Positions 57,759-64,000 of a stretch of DNA of 64,000 bases are shown here, in pieces. The notes under the pieces are model-generated. The model searched no databases and was not told the origin of the DNA. It saw only the letters and a program-made list of their open reading frames with translations. A program made the translations under genes and the position numbers. The stretch lies in the NCBI GenBank assembly GCA_001871445.1, contig MNVD01000025.1, forward strand, positions 8,808 through 72,807, given 5' to 3'. How positions within the stretch are numbered: position 1 is the stretch's first letter; each line of letters begins with the position of its first letter. The DNA comes from Candidatus Magasanikbacteria bacterium CG1_02_41_34 (GTDB taxonomy: Bacteria; Patescibacteriota; Patescibacteriia; Magasanikbacterales; UBA922).

Positions 57759-58913
57759 TTATGCTTTGACATGCTTCCCCCACTTTGAAAAAAGAAATGC
57801 AAACAAAATCGGTACGGCAATAGTAAATATAATTGTCGAAGCAACAATCACAGAATATACTTGTGTATCGATAATGCCATGATCAAGAAAAAATTTCATA
57901 ATGATAATCCCAGTACTAAAACGTACCAATAATCCTACCCCAAGCAAAACTGAACCTCGTCCACCCAGTTCTTTTCGAGACGCAATAAATGAAGCAAGAA
58001 GTTTTGCTATGCTGGAGACAATCACAATAGCAAGAATAAGCAGTGGTGCACTCGCCATATACTCAAGATCCAAACTTGTTCCCACCCAAAAGAAAAATAG
58101 TGGTGCAAACAATCCATACGTCATGGTCCTGACTTCACTGTCTATCGCCTTCAAACGACTCGGTGGCAAGAAAATACGTACGACAACACCAGCAAGAATA
58201 GCACCAAGTGGAGCAACATCAGCAATATTTCCTATTCCAATAAACAAAAAGAAGACAAACAAGATAAAAATAAACAATGTTTCAATCTTTGTAAATCGAA
58301 ACAATTCACGCTCAGATTTTATCACAATCAAACCAGTTGCGAGCACGCACAACAAAATAAGTGATCCAAATACTACAAAGGTATGTCCAGGCTCGAGTGT
58401 CCCGACCACAATACTTGCGATGACGAGCAGTACTACCTCTACAATGTCATCCATCGTCCCAATTGCAATGATTGACTGTCCAAGTTTTGAATTGATAATG
58501 CCATAATCATCCAGAATAGGAATAAGCACTGCCTCCCCTACTGTAGCAAATGACATTGCAATCAATGCAGAAATAAGCCATGAATATGAAAACATCATGT
58601 GAATCAAAAGGGTACCAAGTATTCCTTCAAACGAAATAATCGCAATTGTCGTCGTCAAAATATATGTTTTTCTCTTACGAAGCATCGTCGTATTCATTTC
58701 AAACCCTACAAAAAAAAGCAACAGGTACATGCCAAGCTGCGCAAAAAATGTAAATGTTGCTTGATCTTGGAGGGGAACATGCCATCCAAAAAGTGTCGCC
58801 ACTATGCCCAAAAGCAATGCTGCAAAAATCCACGGAATACGTATGCGTTCAATGTATCTTCCGCTGACAAACGTAATAAGAAAAATAATGGCAAATACGA
58901 AGAAAAGATTCAT
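57759..58913 (-). CDS. Cation/proton antiporter (CPA family Na+/H+ exchanger)
   Basis: 384 aa with about 11-12 TM helices and a Na_H_Exchanger-like composition (GFEMNTTMLRKRK...AIGTMDDIVEVVLL). Confidence 0.75.
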   Translation of the reverse strand: MNLFFVFAIIFLITFVSGRYIERIRIPWIFAALLLGIVATLFGWHVPLQDQATFTFFAQLGMYLLLFFVGFEMNTTMLRKRKTYILTTTIAIISFEGILGTLLIHMMFSYSWLISALIAMSFATVGEAVLIPILDDYGIINSKLGQSIIAIGTMDDIVEVVLLVIASIVVGTLEPGHTFVVFGSLILLCVLATGLIVIKSERELFRFTKIETLFIFILFVFFLFIGIGNIADVAPLGAILAGVVVRIFLPPSRLKAIDSEVRTMTYGLFAPLFFFWVGTSLDLEYMASAPLLILAIVIVSSIAKLLASFIASRKELGGRGSVLLGVGLLVRFSTGIIIMKFFLDHGIIDTQVYSVIVASTIIFTIAVPILFAFLFSKWGKHVKA

Positions 58914-59400
58914 ATATATATTTATATTACGGGAAGTATATCATACACCCCCCAACTATCCACATAGCTCTTTATATTTGCTTTTCACCATACTTGAAAA
59001 ATAATCAGAGATAAAAAATGGAGCATGTGGACGTAAAATTATTTATATTTACTTGTTTTTTGTTTCATTTAGGCTATTTTATCATGTCGTACAATAATAT
59101 TCTTTTGGTAAAAATTAAAAGCTTATTTAAATATAAAATTTGCACTTCTCCTATTTTATAGATAACATTACCTATAATCTGAAAACTCACAAATCTATAA
59201 CATACTATGTATATTTAATTTTTTGTTTAACGTACACAACACTGCCACCTACACATATTTTATGTTCTACATGAAAATACTATTTGCTAAAAAACTTACT
59301 GCATGGAAATCATCATTTTGTTCCATGTGAAACAAAACACGCTGCTTGTTTGCAACGTGTTTGTATAGAATACTGTGCACTTTGTAACATGAAAACTTGT

Positions 59401-59472
59401 GACCCCACCACGACTTGAACGTAGATCTAGACGTTAGGAGTGTCTTGTTCTATCCAGTTGAACTATGGGGTC
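59401..59472 (-). tRNA. tRNA-Arg (anticodon CCT), no encoded CCA
   Basis: Minus-strand GACCCCA...TGGGGTC acceptor, D-arm GTTC/GAAC, anticodon loop CTCCTAA, T-loop TTCAAGT. There is one A-C mismatch at the base of the anticodon stem. Confidence 0.6.
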
Positions 59473-59580
59473 TTTTTGTAAGTCTGCTTCAAGCCAAAGG
59501 ATCATTCACCTTAGGTAGAAACTATATGGCCAGTTGTTTCACATGAAACACTGCCACTCTACTTAAAATAACACATGCTG

Positions 59581-60306
59581 TCAACCTACAATATTCCACA
59601 TTACATCAAAAACCGCTTTGAACACATCCCTCATAACCGGAATTTCAATCAAAACTGCCATGGAACTAAGCTCGGAACTGACTATGAGAATTTTATCATC
59701 AAAAATATCAATAGTACTTTTAAAACTATATTGTTCTGATAAATAATGTACATGTCGTAGCAAAGAAGGATCTTCAGGATTTAATAGTTTTGACTCATCT
59801 GTCAAAATAAGTTGAGTGTGTATGTTATTTCTTGCACGATCAATCCTATATTGATGAAACCACTCACTATCTGCACCTTCCCATCCTTGTGCACTACCTA
59901 TAATGACATACTGCTTATCTCTATATTCGTAAAGAATACCTGTATAAAATTCCTTCAATTCATCCAGTGTCTCTATAAATCTCAATCCTGGTGTTTGCAT
60001 TTCCTTTTTTTCAAGCGATTGGAGCTGAGGAAGAATAGCATATAGATTATCGAGTTTTTTGCTATACAACGCAGCAAGTCTATTTGGCTTCTGAGCATAA
60101 AAATATCGCTTGTTTTTTCGAAAGTATACATGTACGTACCCTTTTGATGCCATTTGTTTGAGAGTATGATAAACAGTTGTACGCTTCACACCAGTACTTT
60201 TTGCTACTGCGCTTGCTTGGGACCCTCCCAGTTGTAAAAGTGACAAATAAATGTCAACTTCTGGCTCTGTAAAGCCTAGTTGTTTTAAAATTGCTATGTT
60301 TTCCAC
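59581..60306 (-). CDS. TrmB-family HTH transcriptional regulator (paralog of 7774-8556)
   Basis: N-terminal wHTH (IYLSLLQLGGSQASAVAKSTGVKRTTVYHTLKQMASKGYV) plus a C-terminal domain. It is divergently oriented to the high-GC gene at 60470. Confidence 0.65.
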   Translation of the reverse strand: MENIAILKQLGFTEPEVDIYLSLLQLGGSQASAVAKSTGVKRTTVYHTLKQMASKGYVHVYFRKNKRYFYAQKPNRLAALYSKKLDNLYAILPQLQSLEKKEMQTPGLRFIETLDELKEFYTGILYEYRDKQYVIIGSAQGWEGADSEWFHQYRIDRARNNIHTQLILTDESKLLNPEDPSLLRHVHYLSEQYSFKSTIDIFDDKILIVSSELSSMAVLIEIPVMRDVFKAVFDVMWNIVG

Positions 60307-60469
60307 AGTTTTGAGTGTTAAAATTTTTAGACAGTTAAATTATATACTATTTTTTTATTTAAATCAAGCTATTTTTATTACAAATATGTTTACAATCATT
60401 GACGTGACGACAAAAAAGAACTATTGTGTACTATCCGAAGCAAGTTGCTAGGGTACACAAGGAGATAGT

Positions 60470-61063
60470 ATGTCCCACAAGATCGTTGGACTGTTGATCG
60501 TTCTTTTCTCCATCGTCTCACCTCACGACACCCACGCCAAACCGCAGAACTACGTCGTAAGCGAATTCAAGGCTGACTCGAAGGTCTTCAAGCCGACCGT
60601 GAAAGGTGGTCTGGGTGGTGAAATCTCAGACCTCATCGGTATCAAGACCTTCTTCCTCATCACAGGAGGGTGGGCAGAAGCATACATTGGACCAACCATC
60701 TCGCTCGGTGAGCATCTGACACTCGGTCTGAGCTGCGGGATCGAGAGCACAGATGGTCGTCTCGAACCTCGGTTCGAGACATCGGTGAAGGTCATTGTTG
60801 ACGACTTTTCTTTCACTGGAATTCTGGAGTGGGGCACTGACGGAGACAAGGATCTCTGGTACAAAGTCATCAGTACCTACAAACTGACGCCGTGGCTCAA
60901 GGTCGGTGTGGAAGGTCGTCGGTTCGCAGGTTTAAGCCCGCATGTCTCTGTCGCTATACCAGAAATACCAGTTCATCTCTGGGCAAGCTGGATTCCATGG
61001 AATGTTGCGACAGGGGAGATCACGATCGAACGCACAATGTTTGGTATCACGCTCATACTCTAA
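60470..61063 (+). CDS. Hypothetical secreted protein, high-GC ORF (197 aa)
   Basis: Signal peptide MSHKIVGLLIVLFSIVSPHDTHA. Beta-rich mature region ending ...FGITLIL. GC is about 60%. RBS AAGGAGAT. A gtgtac...gtacac hairpin lies just upstream. Confidence 0.5.
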   Translation: MSHKIVGLLIVLFSIVSPHDTHAKPQNYVVSEFKADSKVFKPTVKGGLGGEISDLIGIKTFFLITGGWAEAYIGPTISLGEHLTLGLSCGIESTDGRLEPRFETSVKVIVDDFSFTGILEWGTDGDKDLWYKVISTYKLTPWLKVGVEGRRFAGLSPHVSVAIPEIPVHLWASWIPWNVATGEITIERTMFGITLIL

Positions 61064-61358
61064 CAGGCTTTATTGGGTGCTTACGAACACCATATCTGAC
61101 TCTGTAGATGAACAAGGGATTCTGGATTCGTCACCCAGCGCCCGCTCGAGCGATATCGAGCACCTTCATTCTTTCAAGAAAGTGCCTTACATTGCTTTTT
61201 TTTATTTTTCCGATTAACCTGCTATACTGCATACACATAAACGTATGCAACATATTTTCCTGTCATTTATCATAGCAGTCGCTACCTTCCTTGCAATGGG
61301 TATTATAGGATGTCTTTTTTCAAGACTCCGACGGTAGCATATTCTATACATTTTCTTT

Positions 61359-62483
61359 ATGGAGCACGCTCTCGTTATATTTCTTAGTGCCCTCCTTATC
61401 GCAACATTCGCTGCGATGTTTTTTCTGTACAAAAAACTGCATGATGCTGCACAACCTCAAAATCGTGATGAAGACAAACAACTGTTCATGATGCTCCAAC
61501 AACAAATTCAAGAACTGAATAAAACAGTGGATCAAAAATTGTCAGAGACACACAAAGTCATGAATGACTCACAACTTAATCTCAATAAAACAATTCAAGA
61601 TCAATTTGGACAAAACACAAAAATCATGCAAGGAATCACAGGACAAAGTACGAAGATGATCGCAGATATTACAGAAAAACTCACAACGCTCGACAAAACA
61701 AATCAGCAAGTGATCGGATTTTCAGAGCAACTTGGCAACCTCGAAAAAGTGTTAACAAATCAAAAGAAGCGAGGAAACCTTGGGGAAGCAGGCTTGCAAC
61801 TTGTGCTGGAAAATATTTTACCTCCAACAGCATTTCAACTTCAATATAATTTCCCTGATGGAGATATTGTTGATGCCATTATTTTTACCAAAGAAGGAAA
61901 TATTTGTATCGATGCAAAGTTTTCTCTGGATAATTATCAACGCATTCTTGACTGTATTGATGACAAACAAAAAGAACAACTGGAAAAAGAATTCAAAAAT
62001 GATTTGAAAAAACGAATAGACGAAACCAGTAAATACATAAAACCAAAAGAAAACACCCTCGACTTTGCTTTCATGTTTATTCCGTCAGAAGCAATTTATT
62101 ATGATTTGCTCGTGAATGAAGTGGGGGCAGTAAAAGTAAATACACGAAATTTGATTGATTACGCTTTCAGAGAAAAAAAAGTAATTATTGTATCGCCAAC
62201 AACATTTGCAGCGTATTTGCAAACAGTATTGCAGGGACTCCGCGCACTGAACATTGAAGAAGGAGCAAAAGAAATACGAAAGAATGTAGAGAAACTTGGG
62301 AAACATATTCTTGCGTATGAAGACTACATGAAAAAGTTGGGGAACAGTATGACAACGACAGTGAACCATTACAATACGGCGTATAAAGAACTAGGCAAAG
62401 TCGAAAAAGATGTGGTAAAAATTACAGACGGAGAACAAGAAATGGAGCCGTTGCTTCTCGAAAAACCCAAAATGGAAGAATAA
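61359..62483 (+). CDS. rmuC: DNA recombination protein RmuC
   Basis: N-terminal TM, long coiled coil and the C-terminal RmuC nuclease-like domain (FAFMFIPSEAIYYDLL...VIIVSPTTFAAYLQTV). Confidence 0.85.
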   Translation: MEHALVIFLSALLIATFAAMFFLYKKLHDAAQPQNRDEDKQLFMMLQQQIQELNKTVDQKLSETHKVMNDSQLNLNKTIQDQFGQNTKIMQGITGQSTKMIADITEKLTTLDKTNQQVIGFSEQLGNLEKVLTNQKKRGNLGEAGLQLVLENILPPTAFQLQYNFPDGDIVDAIIFTKEGNICIDAKFSLDNYQRILDCIDDKQKEQLEKEFKNDLKKRIDETSKYIKPKENTLDFAFMFIPSEAIYYDLLVNEVGAVKVNTRNLIDYAFREKKVIIVSPTTFAAYLQTVLQGLRALNIEEGAKEIRKNVEKLGKHILAYEDYMKKLGNSMTTTVNHYNTAYKELGKVEKDVVKITDGEQEMEPLLLEKPKMEE

Positions 62484-62503
62484 TAAGATTTTCTTTCACA
62501 TAT

Positions 62504-62532
62504 TGACAAAAATACTTTTTTCGCTTACTGTG
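62504..62532 (+). promoter_or_regulatory. Sigma70-like promoter candidate (TTGACA, 17 nt, TACTGT) upstream of the high-GC gene
   Basis: ttgaca at 62504-62509 and tactgt at 62527-62532. Confidence 0.35.
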
Positions 62533-62551
62533 TTTTCCAGTGGGCAAAGAC

Positions 62552-62578
62552 AAGCCACCACAATGGTGGTTTTTTCTT
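62552..62578 (+). terminator. Rho-independent terminator after rmuC
   Basis: CCACCA caa TGGTGG tttttt. Confidence 0.55.
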
Positions 62579-62634
62579 ACTCATGCTCGTGTATCAAAAA
62601 ATTTATATATGGGCAGGAGGAAGAATATATCTGT

Positions 62635-62687
62635 GTTTGAGTGCGTACAGAGTATCGGTGTTCTCGATATTATGTACGCACTCAAAC
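62635..62687. promoter_or_regulatory. 15-bp perfect inverted repeat (operator-like) immediately upstream of the high-GC gene 62714-63331
   Basis: gtttgagtgcgtaca, 23 nt, then tgtacgcactcaaac. It ends 26 nt before the ATG and RBS AGGAG. Confidence 0.4.
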
Positions 62688-62713
62688 CACAACCAAGCAA
62701 CAGGAGACTCGTC

Positions 62714-63331
62714 ATGAGAACTCAAGAAGAACTGCAACGACTCACACACGAAGTGCTCGGCGATGACTACTCCGTGTACTTCGTCTCGAAGTACACCCTG
62801 ACCGAGGACATCGAGGCCGGCACGGCCTGGATCGTCTGCCAGCTCGCACAGGTCGGCAAGAACCCGCTCTTCGCCGTCGAGGGCAAGGGCGTCGGCTTCA
62901 TCGACGCACTGTTCAATGGCCTCAAGCAAGGGCTCGTCGGGGAATACCCGTCGCTCGGACACATCCACTTTGTCGACTTCGTCGTCAGCGGCAACTTCCC
63001 GAAGGCCTCGCACTACAACAGCTCACACAGCGAGGTTCCGAGCACGGTGCGTCTCGTCATCAAGAACGACACCGGCCGCGAGTTCACCTTCGAGCACACG
63101 TCGACGTCGATCTCGGGCAGCTCGGTCGCCGCTGTCGTCCAGGGCGTTCAGCACTTCGTAAACGCCGAGATGGCGGTGCTCAGGGTCGTCAGCTGGATCG
63201 ACTACCACCAGAAGGACGGACGCCCAGACCTCGTCGAGAAATACACCCACGACAAGCTCGTTCCACTCAACCAAAACTCGAGCTACAGCGAGACGGTCGA
63301 GCGTGCGAGGCAGAACGCTAGGATCGCATGA
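62714..63331 (+). CDS. Hypothetical cytoplasmic protein, high-GC ORF (206 aa)
   Basis: Start at MRTQEEL (ATG 62714) with RBS AGGAG. GC rises from about 35% to about 63% exactly at the start codon. No recognised domain. A 10-bp inverted repeat hairpin tctacacgtc...gacgtgtaga follows the stop. Confidence 0.5.
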   Translation: MRTQEELQRLTHEVLGDDYSVYFVSKYTLTEDIEAGTAWIVCQLAQVGKNPLFAVEGKGVGFIDALFNGLKQGLVGEYPSLGHIHFVDFVVSGNFPKASHYNSSHSEVPSTVRLVIKNDTGREFTFEHTSTSISGSSVAAVVQGVQHFVNAEMAVLRVVSWIDYHQKDGRPDLVEKYTHDKLVPLNQNSSYSETVERARQNARIA

Positions 63332-63483
63332 CTTCGCCATGACGACAGAGACTCTACACGTCGGTACCTCTCGGTGCTGACGTGTAGATCTCTACACAAT
63401 TTATTATCAAATTCTCATATCACACTCGTGATATTTTTTTATGCTATACTATTTTTATTATTTTTCTTCATAATAAAGGAGGT

Positions 63484-64000
63484 ATGTTTACAAAAATACA
63501 TTCAGCAGCAGTACTCGGACTCGATTGTACACCTATTACTGTCGAAGTCGACATCTCTGGCTCATGGCCTGGCTACAATATTGTAGGTCTTCCAGACACC
63601 GCAATTCAAGAAGCAAAAGAACGTATCAGAACTGCATGGAAAAATACTGGTCTACAATTTCCAAACAACGGAAGAATTGTCATTAATCTCGCACCAGCAG
63701 ATGTCAGAAAAGAAGGAAGCATGTATGATCTCCCAATGGCAGTTGGCATGTACGTAGCAACAGAAAAGCGAGATGATATTGATTTATCAAAAGCACTGTT
63801 TGTCGGCGAGCTCGCACTCGACGGGTCGCTTCGTCATACCAATGGCATGTTGCCACTTGCTATTTTTGCTCGTGACCACGGCTATACAGATCTGTTTGTT
63901 CCTGCTATCAATGCACATGAAGCAAGCTTGATTCAAGACATCAATATTTTTCCTGTAGAAACATTTGGGCAAGTATTGGCACATATTACAGGAAAACAAT
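63484..64000 (+). CDS. comM: YifB/ComM-family Mg-chelatase-like ATPase, N-terminal part (runs off the window end)
   Basis: MFTKIHSAAVLGLDCTPITVEVDISGSWPGYNIVGLPDTAIQEAKERIRTAWKNTGLQFPNNGRIVINLAPADVRKEGSMYDLPMAVGM is the ComM N-terminal domain. Confidence 0.8.
   Translation, partial: MFTKIHSAAVLGLDCTPITVEVDISGSWPGYNIVGLPDTAIQEAKERIRTAWKNTGLQFPNNGRIVINLAPADVRKEGSMYDLPMAVGMYVATEKRDDIDLSKALFVGELALDGSLRHTNGMLPLAIFARDHGYTDLFVPAINAHEASLIQDINIFPVETFGQVLAHITGKQ

Noticed and set aside
1-64000. CRISPR arrays, reverse transcriptase/DGR, transposases/IS elements, rRNA genes
   Set aside because: No regularly spaced direct repeats were seen, no RT or transposase-like ORF, and no rRNA-like conserved blocks. 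The only tandem repeats are the coding 21-bp heptad units at 571-696.

Overview
The window reads as a ~45% GC, gene-dense bacterial chromosome segment using the standard genetic code (TGA and TAA both act as stops). The content looks like a Patescibacteria/CPR, probably Saccharibacteria-like, genome, but that assignment is inference. Core genes I can support from the translations: partial ribE, rpsO-NYN-pnp, yebC-ruvC, rpoB-rpoC, ftsK, rodZ-like, recA, a SpoIID/LytB-domain protein, an O-antigen-like flippase/GT2/ligase trio, tRNA-Ser, a PKD surface protein, alkD-like, a TrmA-family MTase, rpsF-ssb-rpsR, a type IV pilus assembly operon (pilB-C-M-N-O), a THUMP methyltransferase, ychF, a HIT-family gene interrupted by an in-frame TAG, a cation/proton antiporter, tRNA-Arg, rmuC and partial comM. 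The striking anomaly is six ORFs of ~63-66% GC with GC3 above 90%, and one ~370-bp GC-rich non-coding block. Their compositional boundaries coincide almost exactly with the ORF edges, and each sits in AT-rich, host-like regulatory DNA with its own consensus promoters, RBSs and hairpins. Two of the three minus-strand high-GC genes share a conserved bipartite structured module downstream, and the adjacent pair and the 172-aa gene each have nested palindromes upstream. Separately, a family of multi-hairpin palindromic intergenic repeats (core cccgattSaatcggg) recurs; one copy sequesters the ruvC RBS and another sits in the leader of a TrmB-family regulator gene. No CRISPR array, reverse transcriptase, transposase or rRNA gene was seen.
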